Part shown: positions 39,691-51,036 of the stretch, one piece after another | How positions within the stretch are numbered: position 1 is the stretch's first letter | How the letters are laid out: each line of letters begins with the position of its first letter | Assembly (NCBI GenBank): GCA_036172245.1 | Contig: JAYWIR010000002.1 | Coordinates: 3,534,001-3,598,000 of the forward strand | Direction of reading: 5' to 3' | DNA: 64,000 nt | From: Raillietiella orientalis | Lineage: Eukaryota | The notes under the pieces: model-generated | Told to the model about the DNA's origin: nothing | Seen by the model: the letters and a program-made list of their open reading frames with translations, nothing else | The model's database searches: none | Made by a program: the position numbers and the translations under genes

Positions 39691-42600
39691 AACCGCTTCA
39701 TATCAGCTATCGGTCATCTAAAGACCGGTTGTTTCTCAAAGGCTTGATCTCGCATTATCAAGCTGAGGTTCCCACACCTTGGATCCAATCAAAGCAGACG
39801 AGAGAGAGAGAGAGAGAGAAAGAGGAGGGGAGGAATCTCAAAACAAATACGTCTCGCCTACAAAGAAATTCCCAAATCTGGCATCCAGCAGCATCCCAGC
39901 TCGGTGAATGACTTCAAAGAAATACTCCAGTGTTTCTTCCTGCTCCTCCAAATGTGTTTGTTTATGTTTTCCTGAAAGCAGATCGCTAGGGACAAAAACG
40001 CTTGCTGGTTTACCAAACGCAACCCCGCCTCCCCCCCCCCTTTCCCTTCGACGTACGAAGAAACCATCTCTGCAGCTGACCTGGGCATGTTTGATCAAGC
40101 TATTCTTGATCGAAACACCATGCAAAAAATTCTTAGTCAACGACTCTTAATTTAGCGAAAGACCCAACTGTTTCAGCTGGAATAAGCCCATTCTTCGCAC
40201 ACTCCCTTGCGACTGTGCGCATCTCCCTTTGCACGCGGATGCTCTGCGGGAAAGGACAAGCGTTTTTCGTCTAAGCCTAAAGCACCTTGGCGACGGTAAC
40301 CATAAAAAAATCTGGGAGGATGCGGCTCGAAGTTCGCATTGTTGCGTGGTTCTCCATTGTTGCATTTCGCTTGCGTTGCTCCCCCCCCCCCGGGCGGAGT
40401 TCTCTTTCCCGTGTCAAAGCCGATCTTTGGGACTACGCTTTTTCCTAGGATGGGTGAGATCACGATGCGCAGCAGCGCTGACGATGAAAGCGCGAGCGCC
40501 CTCGCGCGTCTTCGGTTCTTTCCATTCCTGATCAATGTACGAACATCAGTAGGGCTTGTCGCTGTGCGCCTCTCCGGTGGCTTGCTACGGGGCTCGGAAG
40601 GCGGGCCACGGCGAACAGCGATTGTGCGGTAACAGGAGGTGGCCAGTGCCTAATTTCCGTGTGCGTTCGACTTGAAAACGGCTGATGAGGTCTCAGGCGG
40701 GAGCGGGGAGATTCGTGCTGGCTGCAGGGGGAGTGCAGGGCAGAAAGCATTTGGACGAAAGCGGGCGTTCCGAGCGGCGCTGCTTCGGGCGCGTGCGGAG
40801 GAGAACGCGGGGTTATTAATTGTTGCGAAAGTGGACATGGAAAACGTCGGCGACGACTTTCCATTAGCGGATGGTGGTGGCTCCGAGGGATAAAGGCTCG
40901 GGACGGGAGGCAGCGCCCGGCCTGTTAATTCGCAGCAGCGAAGTGAACGTTAAAATAAACACGGAGGGGAAGTGTTGGGAATGAGCCGAATTGATTGGTT
41001 CGCCAGGAAGCCACTGCCCGTGCTGACACGCACACGCACACACACAGCTCCTCTCTCTCCCCCTGCGCTTCTTGTTGGGCCAGGAAATTCGAAATGCAAA
41101 CCGACATGTGCGCAGGAAACGACCGGGATGAGGCGATCAAAGAGTGATCCTTTCGGTAGATTCCTGGAGCGGGAGCGTTCGAAGCCACAGACGGCGTTGG
41201 GTTCGGGCAGGATTCGAGAGCCGAAATGCCTTTTTCGTCTTCCCGCGGTGCCCTGGTTGTTCCCCCCTCCCTCCTCCTTTCGCGGCAGTCGGTCGAAAAG
41301 GGGGAGGGGGGCAGCGCTCTGCTCTCCATGGCGACGCCGGAACGATTCGGTAAACGGCAGGCTGCAATGCCGCACTCTCGCCGTTGGCGGTGGGTCTTGC
41401 CCTCGAGGGAGGGGACGTTTCGTGCACGGGAGTGTTCGGCGTCCACGAAGTTGGGTTCGACCTTCCTTGCTTCCTTTTTTTTCAGATTCATGAGCGCCGC
41501 GTGGAAGCCGTGAGAGCTGTTGAAAGGGAAGGTGGCCTCAGGAGAGGAGGCGCGCACGGTTCACCACTTCCTCGCGCGCGCACCCGGGACCGAGGAGCCG
41601 CGCTGCTCTCCTTCCAGGTGGAGTGGAAGAGATGCCGCCATCCCACGCCGCCGTCCTTGCTTCCGGTCTCCGGAGGCTGTTCCCCGCCCCCGACCACGTA
41701 CCCCTCCCTCCCTCCTGGAGAACCGAGCGACCGAAATGGGAAGGGAGCAGCCGGGAGCGCTGACGAAAACGTGAGGGGGAAGGAGCGGTGAGAAAGAGCG
41801 GTCCGTCCCTCCGCGTTTCCTAGCAGCAGCTGGAGGTTCGTCCCGCCCACGCTGCCGCCGCCTCCCGCGAGGGCGATCCGATCCGGCTGTGGGCAGCGTC
41901 GACGGGACGGCTGCGCCGAACCGGCCGGGATCCTCCCTCCCCCCCTATCCCCCTTCCTCGTTCGCTCCCCTCCTCTCTTCCCCCCAGAGGAGCAGTGGCG
42001 ACGTCGTTTCGCACGCCCGCGACCGGAAAGGGGGAAACCGCGCACGTCGGTCGGGAGCAATGCGGGGGTGGGCGGGAGGAGCGGCGAGGGATCCCAGAGA
42101 GCGCAGCGGATCCGGGCTGGATGAGCGCCTCTCTGGTAGCTCCTGCAGGAGCCTTGCATCCCCTGTCCCCTCGCCATCCGGGAGTTCGCCGCCCTTGGGG
42201 GACGCGCGTCCCTGTACCTCCTCGGATCCCTCCTGGAGCGCCTCCCGCGCTTCCTGGTTCCGGGAGAGGGAGCCGCGGCGTAGGAGAGGCACCATCCCTT
42301 GGCTCACCCCTCCTAGCCTCGGGAAGACGGGGTCGCTCGCCCGGAGGGCTCCGCTGAGAGGAACTCTCCTTTCTCTGCTTCTCCGGAAGGGAGGGTCCCC
42401 CTCCTCCGGGTCTCCACCGGTTGGTTGCTCTGTGCGGTGCCGCCGCCGCGCGCATCTGCTGCGCCCGTCTCCCGGGATGACCGATGGGGACGAAGGGGGA
42501 GGAGGCCGGGCCCCATCGATCACCGGCGGCGGCGGCGGCTGAGGGCGCCCGGCCGCCAGGGGTCGCGCGCCGGCGCTTCCTGCCGTCTCTCCCCGTTGCA

Positions 42601-44656
42601 TCCTTTCTGCTACGCTCCCCCGCCTTCCCGCTCGCTCCCTGCGGTCGGGATCCTCCCCTTCCCGCGAGGGAAGAGCTCGCCTCCGCGCCCTTCTCGTCTC
42701 CGGGATCCGGGATCGCGCACCAGGGGCGCGGGAGGCTCTGGCATGCGGGTTTCACAAAAACACCTCCCCCCCCTCCCTCCCTCCCTCGCCTTGCGCACGC
42801 CGCCGCTACCGCGGTCGCCGCTGCACCCAGCGCCTTCCGTTGCAGCCAGCAAGAACTACGCCCGCACTCTTCTGGCTCGCTCGCTCGGCTGCGGGCGGGC
42901 GTGCCGGAGGCGGCGGCGCATCCTGGCGGGGGAGAAGGCGGCGGCGGGCAGGCGGGCGGGCGGGCGAAAGAGGGGGAGGGAGGGGGGGAGGAGCGCACTC
43001 GCGCTGAGGATGCCGCGCGCTTCCCCGGTTCCGGCGGCTCGGTGGCTCCGCCCGCGCCCTTACCGGAGGCGGCAGAGGCGAGCGCATCTGCCGCCTCAGA
43101 AAACCCGTGCGCGGCGAGGGGTGGGGCCTCCGCTCATGCGAGTGCAGGAGAGCAGATCCAAGGAGGAGAGTGGTCCCCCTCCTCCCCTCCCTCGGGAGGG
43201 AGCTTGTCTTCCACCAAGTACCCGGGGCAGGGGGGGAGGGGAGGCGAGCAGAAGCAACGCGCGCGCGCGCCCGTCGTTGCCGCGCTGCCTTTTGACGGGG
43301 CGCCGATCGTTACGCCCGGATTCCCGCCCTTTCAATGGTGTCCCGGCGCGCCGGTCAGTCGTGAATCGCGTGACCCCTCGGGGCCGCCTCTTCCCCGACG
43401 GGAGGGCGGGCGGGGAGCCCACAATGCGGGCCCCTCGCTCCCCGGACATTGTGAGGCGCGCTCTCTCCCCCTCCAGGGACCGTCCGGGCGACACACACGC
43501 GCGCGAGCGGGGCGTAATTGCATTATTGGTCATTTGTTTGACCTTCTCGGGGAACTCGAGGCGGGGGAGAGAAACTGGGAAGCCGGGAGGCGGCGGCGGC
43601 AGCTGCCGGGAGGAAGGCGCGACGAAAGGGAAAGGAAAAAAAAAAAAAAAAAACGGCGGCGGCGGCGCGCGGCCGCCTTGGAAACCCGGCGAGGTCGCGG
43701 AGGCGGCGGGGAGTGCTGGCTGCCCGCCTCCCTCTTCCCCTTCCGTCTTGTCTGGGCGCGTGCCTCGCGGTAAGGCTTCCCCTCCCCCCTTCCCTACCCT
43801 CCTGCTCCCCACCCCGGAGGGGGCAACCTGCCCGACTCAATCCTTGGGAGAGCCGCCGGGGGACAGGGCTGCTCCACTCCCCTTGGGGCTGTCCCGAGCC
43901 AGAGGGACGCATCCAGGGGAGAGCGGCGACAGACCCTCTCCCCACCCCCCGAGGCACCGCCGGTCTCTGCGGGTCGGGCCTTTTCCAGCCGGAAGCATCC
44001 GCCTCCACGCACCCGAAGGCGCCCTGGTACCTCCGCCTCCTCGTCTCTGGAGGGAGGTGCCCCTAGCCCGGCCATCTGCACCCATTCCCTCTTTCTCTCC
44101 CGGAGGGCTTTCTTCCCCCCCTACTACCTCAGGTGTGCGTCCGCATGGACGCGCCACGCCCTTTCCAGGGGTCGCGGCAGCCTCGGCGCTGGGGGCGCTT
44201 CCGGGCGGGGAGGCGACGGCGGTGGCGGTGCCCTCTGTGGGAGGTGCGACCACCGTCCCGTCCTCCCCGTCCCTTCTCCTCCTCCTGCGGGGAGTCCCTT
44301 CGGCCCCGTCCGTCCTGGGATGGGCAGCGGGGAGGAGGGAGGGTGACTTCCCCCCTCTACCTTCCTCCCCCCCGATCCAGGCGCCCGCCGCGTGCACACA
44401 CGTGTATTCTCTGGCGCGTGGCGGGACGCGACAATAAATAGGACCCTGTTGTGGTGGCGGTGGCGCTGGCCGCCGCCGGGCGTAGGCACTGGGTTCGGTG
44501 TCGGTCGTCGGTCGGTCATTCGGCGTGGGGAGGGAGGTGGGGAGAGGGAGTTTGGGGGGGGGGGGCGGCAGACGAGGGGCAGTGGGGCGTGGGGTGGAGG
44601 GATGGGGAGTGTGTGGGAGGTGGGCGAGGAGGGGGGAGGCCTCCCTCGTTCCTTTC

Positions 44657-46135
44657 TCACTGGACCATCTCGTCTTCCTCGGGCGCCGTCGCGCCCCCGT
44701 GGAGCAGTCTGTTGGCCGCGGGCACGGCCACAGTCGCGCCCGCCGCGGCAGCAGCAGCGGCAGCGGCCGCCGCCGCCGCGGCAGCCGCATCCGGTCCGCC
44801 GGCGGCGGCGGCGCCGAGGGCCAGCCCGACCAGCTTCTTCTTCTGGCTGACCACGCACTTGCGCATGTGTTTGTCCAGGGTGGAGGACACCGAGAAGGGC
44901 ATATCACAGTACTGGCAGCGGAAGACGTCCTTGCCGGTGCGGCCGTGGGTCTTCATGTGCCGCGTCAGCTTGGAGCTCTGGGCGCACGCGTAGGAGCACA
45001 GCTGGCACTTGTAGGGCTTCTCGCCGGTGTGCGACCGCCGGTGCACTGTCAGATTGGAGCAGTTCTTGAACACCTTCCCGCAGAACTCGCACGTGTCCTT
45101 GCGCCGCCCTTTCCTCTCCGAGGAGGCGCCCACGACGGCGCCCGGCAGCGAGGGGGGTACCCCCCCGCCGCCCCGGGGGGAGGCGCCGCCTCCGCCCTTG
45201 CGCTCGGCGTCCGCCAGGGCGTCCAGCAGCCCCGGCAGGCGGCTGCTCAGCGCCACCCCGTGCGTCACCGAGCGCAGCCACAGGCGCTTCGACTCCTCCT
45301 TCAGGCGCCCGCCGCCCGCGCCGAAGTAGGGGGGGGGCAGAGACCCCAGGAAGGCCGGGTGAGTGGGGGGCCCGCCGCCGAACCCGAAGGGCGCTGTCCC
45401 TCCTTCTGGGAAGGCGCTTCGGCGGCGACCGCCTCCGCCGCCGCCGCCGCCGCCGCTGCCGTGGTGCTGCTGCTGCTGCTGGTGGTGGTGATTGTTGCTA
45501 TTGTGGTGGTGGTGGTGGTGGTGGTGGTTGCGGCGGCCATGGCTAGGGCGGTCGCGGGCGGCAGCGGCGGCGGCTGCCGCCGTCTCTCCGCAGGTAACTT
45601 CCCCCTCGGCGTCCGAGCCGCCAGCGTCCCTGCTCTTCCCGCTGTCGTCGCAGCTGCTGCTGGCCTGGGTCGAGTCCGGTGCGGACGCAGCCTCGTCCTC
45701 GTTGACCCCGTTGACCTCGGGGCCGTCTTCTACGCGCGCCCGCTTCTCTCCGTCCTCCGCTCCACCACGCCTCCTCTGGCGGCGGCGGCGGCGGCGGCGG
45801 CGGCGCGCCGGCGGACCCGGGCCCTCGTCGTCTTCGTCGGCGTCTTCGTCGGCCTCGCGGTCGGCGTCCGGGTCGTCGTCGTCCGGGTCGTCGTCATCCG
45901 GGTCGTCGTCGTCCAGGTCGTCCTCGTCACCACCACCCTCCAGGTCGTCGTCCTCGTCGGCGTCCGGGCCGCCGCCCCCGGCCAGCTGCCGCAGGCGGCG
46001 CGAGTAGAAGTCCGCCGCCCGGGAGGGCGTCTGCGGCTGCGGCGGCGGCGCTGCCCTCAGGGCGACGGCTGCGGCGGCGGCGGCGGCAGCAGCGGCGGCG
46101 GCTGCGGCGCTCTGGTCGCGGCCGACCTCCTCGAC
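44657..46135 (-). CDS. Bcl11: BCL11-family gene A, last coding exon with C-terminal triple zinc finger
   Basis: Contains [12 protein letters not shown] (46012-45977; human DFSRRLRELAG), an acidic tract, and [81 protein letters not shown] (fingers at about 45091-44855), near-identical to BCL11A ZnF4-6. The last finger ends H-x3-C. TGA stop at 44659-44657. Confidence 0.95.
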   Translation of the reverse strand, partial: VEEVGRDQSAAAAAAAAAAAAAAVALRAAPPPQPQTPSRAADFYSRRLRQLAGGGGPDADEDDDLEGGGDEDDLDDDDPDDDDPDDDDPDADREADEDADEDDEGPGPPARRRRRRRRRQRRRGGAEDGEKRARVEDGPEVNGVNEDEAASAPDSTQASSSCDDSGKSRDAGGSDAEGEVTCGETAAAAAAAARDRPSHGRRNHHHHHHHHNSNNHHHQQQQQHHGSGGGGGGGGGRRRSAFPEGGTAPFGFGGGPPTHPAFLGSLPPPYFGAGGGRLKEESKRLWLRSVTHGVALSSRLPGLLDALADAERKGGGGASPRGGGGVPPSLPGAVVGASSERKGRRKDTCEFCGKVFKNCSNLTVHRRSHTGEKPYKCQLCSYACAQSSKLTRHMKTHGRTGKDVFRCQYCDMPFSVSSTLDKHMRKCVVSQKKKLVGLALGAAAAGGPDAAAAAAAAAAAAAAAAGATVAVPAANRLLHGGATAPEEDEMVQ

Positions 46136-46209
46136 CTGGAAGGTCGCGGGTGGGTGGGGTGGGAGCGACCGCTGAGTCGCACGGGCGGCGGCGGGCTGGG
46201 GGCACCCAC
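46136..46209 (-). other. Putative 74-nt phase-0 intron that switches reading frame
   Basis: CAG|GTGGGT donor and cccacccgcgaccttccag|GTC acceptor. Removal joins ...[12 protein letters not shown]... exactly in frame. The alternative is a 1-nt deletion in the same interval. Confidence 0.6.
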
Positions 46210-46472
46210 CTGGTGGTGGCCGAAGGCGGCCAGGAACTGCCGCTCCGCCAGAGGGAACCTGTAGACGGCGGAGAAGGGGTTGCCGTCGAAGCAGTGGCTG
46301 GGCGTGTGCGCCGGGGGGGGGGCGAAGGGGTTGGCGCCGCCGCCGCGCGCCCCAGCGGCGTCCACGTACAGGCAGACGCCGTGCTCGTTCTGGGCGTGCT
46401 GCAGTAGGGACCAGGCACTCCGGAAGTGGTGCTGACAGTGGGAGCAGACGAACTGGCGTGGTTCCCGAGCAC
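46210..46472 (-). CDS. Bcl11: BCL11-family gene A, coding exon with C2H2 ZnF1
   Basis: Reads (S)[37 protein letters not shown]...[16 protein letters not shown]...GHHQ, matching human [35 protein letters not shown]...NPFNLLRIP. This is the frame of track ORF 46057..46365, not of the 1027-aa ORF. The 3' boundary depends on the proposed 74-nt intron. Confidence 0.9.
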
Positions 46473-47414
46473 CTACGGAGGAGGGGCGGATTAGTCAGCG
46501 CGCGTCGACCCCCCTCCCACTTCCTTCCCGCTCTCGCTTTCCAGAGGTGAGTACCCGTGAGACCGAGGAGGGGTCGACTCCCTCTCTCGGCTGCGGTGGG
46601 AACCACAGAAGGGCAGACTTGGCGGTCCTCAAGCACGTTCGCTTGGGTGCTGCCACTGCCCTCCTCTCTCTTCCGCCTTCCCCCTCTCTTGGGGAGCCTC
46701 CCTGCCCCCACCAAGCAAAGGGGAGGGGAATGGGGGAGTGGTCGCGATGCCTCCCTAGCAGCGGAGCGCATGCCTGGAGAAACGGCTCGGAGGGCAGAGC
46801 CCGAGGGCATCTGTTCCTCGGTTTCGCCGCGGGCGGTCCCAACCGAACGGGTGGAACAGCTCCTCCCTTGGGCTCCCGGAATTCGGTCCTCCCTAGGCGG
46901 GAGGAGAGGAACTTCCAGTTGCTCTCGCGCTGGTCTTCCCGGTCCACCCGCCCATTCACGGACGGTGTGCGTCGCATCCACCACCTCCCTGGAGCCACGC
47001 CTGAGCGTCCCACGCCCGTCGCGGATCGCCGCGTTTCCACGACGCCCTCGCCGCTCCCAGGCCTCCCTCGGCAGGTGGCGCCTCCTCTGCTCGCTGTCGC
47101 GGGAAGACGCCCGGCTTTCCGGATCCTCCTGCTCCCCCCCCGCTTTCATCTCCCGAGCGCCGTCCCGGGAGAGGAGGAGGGTGCTCCTGGCCCGCTTTCT
47201 CGCCAGCATGGTAGCGGCCGGCGGCCTCACCCTGTTCTTTCCCTTCCCTCCCCCCCTCCCCTTAGGCGTCCCGCTCCTCCTCGCTTCCTGCAGCTCTTGC
47301 GGAGGAGGGTGCTCCGCGAGAGGGGAGGATGGACGCAGATCTCGCGACCGTGAGAAGGGCGAGCTCTCCGTCTCGGTCGAGATGCGAGGGCGAAGGGCAC
47401 GGCACAGGTGGCTA

Positions 47415-47451
47415 TGCGTGCGTGCGTGCGTGCGTGCGTGCGCGCGCGCGC
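47415..47451. repeat. (TGCG)n(CG)n alternating purine-pyrimidine repeat
   Basis: Direct reading. Confidence 0.9.
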
Positions 47452-49885
47452 AAGAGAGAGAGACAGGTGGGGAGCGAGGAAACTCGGGTGCTGCCGCTTC
47501 TTCCGCGCGGCACTGCGGTGGGTGCTTGCTCCAGTCGGTGCTCCACGGGAGAGCCCGCTGAAGGCGCAGCCACCTCTCCTTCGAGCCATCACCCGGGATG
47601 CCCATTGCCGAGGGCAAACGCCCAGGGAAGGGGGAGAGGGAGGCGCCGTCGCGGGAGGCTGTCAAGAGGGACCTCCGGGCTTCCCGAGGCCTGAAGCTCC
47701 GTCGCCCCTGCACCGGGCGTGGCGGGGAAGCGACCCGCATCCATGCTCGCCCGGCGCGTGAACGCGCCGCGGGGTGCTCCTCCGCCCGATACGCGCCCGT
47801 CGCGCCGGCGCGCCTCCTCCGCCCTTTTCCCCGTCACTGCCGCCGTGCTTTCCGCACAAGCGTCCGACCGCTCCGGGCCTGCACGTTTCTTCACCCCGCT
47901 GGGACGGAACGCGCCGGAAGCGAGACGCTTCCTCGTCCCTCCAGAGGGACACGGGAAGGGAGGAGAAGATTCGGGACGCCTCTTTCGCTTCACTCTCCAC
48001 CCCCTTCCCAACCTCTGGACGGTTCCGTTTCGAGGCGCGGCGCTTGCCGCTCTGCGGAAGAGTAAGAGAGGGAGCTCCGGTCCGAGGACGAGGAGAGGCG
48101 CTCGGGTCGCAGGTTTCTGCAGCGGAGAGCTTCACATCCGCGGTGCTGGGGGCGGGCGGACCGGCCGTGATGTCAGCAAGGACCGCGCTCGCATGCCCCC
48201 CCCCCTCCCCCCAACTCGAACCGACCGCTTTCTAGTTCCACCTTCAGAAAAGACCTCCTTTCTTTCTTTCTTTCCTCCCCTGATGAACCACAGGTGCTCG
48301 TGTGCCTTCCCCCCTCCTTTCCGATCGGCGAGGCTCTAGCAAATGTGCTTCGATGTTTATGATTTTCTGACTGCGGCCTTTGGTGTTTATGTCTGCCAAC
48401 AGAGTGCACTAGTGCTCGCCGTTCGGGAGGGGGCATGCGTGCGCGCACGGGGGAATCGACGGAGGGCCCCGCAGGGTCCCGCGTTAGGACTTCGGGGACC
48501 GAAGGAAAGGAGGGAGGGAATGAAAAAAAAAAAAAAAAGGAAAAAGAAAAAAAAAGAAAAGAAAGGAAGAAAGGAAAAGCTCCCCAAAGTCCAGCAGCCA
48601 CCAAGCAATCAATCAGTTCTTTCCGACGTGTGCACTCTTCGCCCTCGGCCTCCAGGGACGCCAAGTCATCACCGCCGCCCGCCGTTCCCCGTTTGACCAG
48701 CGACGAATGCCCCAGCCTCGCAGCCAGCCGGACGGACACTGTTCAGTGTCAATCGCTGCGTCACAACTGGCTTCGCTCCGTCTACTCTGGCAACAAGCGG
48801 GCACGTTTGGAAAGTCTGCTTTGCGTATTCTAAAAAATTCCGATACCGAGCACATTTTTTTTCTTCTTCTTCTTCTTCCTCTCTCTCGCTCTCTCTTCTT
48901 CTTCTCGGTTATCTGTTTAATGTAGGATGTGGCGCAACGCTTGCGCGGTGAAGTTCTGGTGTTCTGAGGACGAGGAGGCGCGCACGGAAATGGTAAAGCC
49001 GCGGCTTTGGGGCAGTACGCAGGACCCGCGCACTCCAGCAATGGTGCGTCCGGCATGCATGCAACAATCTGCTTCGGTGTGTCGCGACGGCAACGGCGCT
49101 CCTCCTAGGCAACACAGCCTACACCAGAAACCGCTGCGTACGCGGGTCGAGGAATAAGGAAGAGAAGCTATGGGGAAGGAATGAGAGAGGGAGGGGGGGG
49201 GGGAGAAAGGCGGCGAAAAGGATCTCCGTAAGGGAGATTCTTAAAGAAATCAGTTTCGCAGGGAAGGAAAGGAGGAGGAGCAGGAAAGAGATGGACTGTT
49301 CCGAGATAAAGCATTTTAAGAATTTCGGTTGATGGAATTTTCCTCCTTTTCATTTTCATGCCAGGGGAGACACTTGGTAATTTCATCAGCAAAGTTCCCA
49401 GAGAAGAGGAGCATCCGCATCATCTGCCACTTCCATCCCGGCAGCTGCTTAACCAGCATCGCGAAACCTGCCGCGTAAGCTCGCGCGCACAAAAATAAAT
49501 TTAAGCACTTTCCAACCACCAGGAGACGAAACGTCCCACAGATTTGTTAATGAAAGTTTAAAGTTCTGGAGAAAACACAGGATTACCAGCTTCTTTTCCT
49601 TTTTTTTTTTTTTTCTTTTTTCTTATGCAGTGATGAAACTTCCCAAAGATAAAAGTTGAGTCTTGACGTCTGTTGCCTGGATAATTAATCACAAGACACG
49701 TGTGTTCTATAAACGCTTTGCGCCGTGCGTAATCATGGAAACATCTGCATGGCATAGATCTTTCCTTTCTCGCATCGAAGGATGCTAGTGATTCCATCCC
49801 CAACTACGTCACGTTGCTCAGCGTACAGACTGGGTTCACCAGACGAAAGGTATAGGCAAAAGGAAGATTCACGAGAAAGCCATCG

Positions 49886-49916
<31 letters not shown>

Positions 49917-50911
49917 TTCTTCTTCTTCTCCTTCTTCCCCCCTCCCCTTCTCCTCCTCTCTCTCTCTCTCCTTTTTCTTAGGAAAGTGGCCTTCTCGTTC
50001 CGAGAGCTGCCGCTTGCAAAGTCCCGACTCCTGTGAAATCCCGCTTGTTCCTTTCCGATGCCGGTGAAAACTTTTTTTTTTCCAGGAATCGGGATCGCCC
50101 GTATTCCCACGATGCGCCGCGGTTTCTGCCCCGCTGGAAATCGCGGACAGGAACGCGCGCCGTTCGAGGTCTCCGCAACAATACCCTGGCGTAATCAACG
50201 CCTGACGTCACCGGACCGTGGATAGATAGGCGTTCGCGGATTCCGACGAGATTACGAGCTTATTAGCATAACAGTTGAAACCAAGATATGTAATTCGTAT
50301 ATTACATTCCCGTGAGCGCGAAAGTCGGATGATAATGGACTTCCTCAAAACTGACTCAGCAGCGGAGGAGCTGCCTGCGGAATCGAACGGGACAGCATGC
50401 AAAAGGCAAAAATCCCCTTTCCCCCCCCCCTCACCCCCCAAGGTCCTCTCTTTCTTCCTCCCTCTCCCTTCCACGAAATACATGCACACTCGCGCATTCT
50501 ATGTACGTATACATCTTCGTACGATTCTCTGTGCTACGGGAGAGATTTCTTCTGATACGCACATGCACGCGTGAACGATACTCCGCAAGCGCACGCACTC
50601 AGCGTGCACTTGACGTGCGGCGGTCCATTAGTCACGCTCCGTCCGGCGAAAAAGGTGATGCAGTTGGGATGTAAAGATACCACCACACTGCAAGTAAATA
50701 TTTATTAACAATGGATTTGCGTATTACCTACGCGCTTGCATTTCTGACCAACCAGGGCGTGGTTTCTTCCGGAGTGCTCTTAGAGTCCTGCGGAAGGATC
50801 ACAAATCCCGAAGAATACATACAGAACCACACGGGTGAGATCTACGTCACGTAGGTTTGCATTCATTTTCAAACTGAGGCCTCCATGAATATTCTAATTT
50901 TCAAATGGCAC

Positions 50912-50956
50912 AAGCAGTGCTGTATATATATATATATATACAGCACTGCTTATAAC

Positions 50957-51017
<61 letters not shown>

Positions 51018-51036
51018 GTTCCCTTACGTAAGGGAA
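50912..51036. repeat. Three abutting palindromes including an (AT)27 microsatellite
   Basis: AAGCAGTGCTG(TA)9CAGCACTGCTT (50912-50951); AACAATT(AT)27AATGTT (50954-51020); TTCCCTTACGTAAGGGAA (51019-51036). Confidence 0.95.

Noticed and set aside
41820-44437. 670-aa, 429-aa and 392-aa ORFs just past the gene A stop
   Set aside because: Low complexity, no domain; more plausibly 3' UTR or intergenic.
46172-46209. Alternative in-frame acceptor (gactcag|CGG) giving a 38-nt intron
   Set aside because: Probably too short for splicing and has a weaker pyrimidine tract than the 46136 acceptor.
44498-46264. 588-aa plus-strand ORF antisense to the last exon
   Set aside because: Shadow ORF expected from GC3-rich codons on the opposite strand; poly-Val/Ala with no domain.
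46210-47740. N-terminal half of the 1027-aa track ORF 44657..47740
   Set aside because: It is off-frame across the ZnF1 exon and runs through intronic microsatellite ([12 protein letters not shown]). Only the part from about 46135 is the real coding frame.
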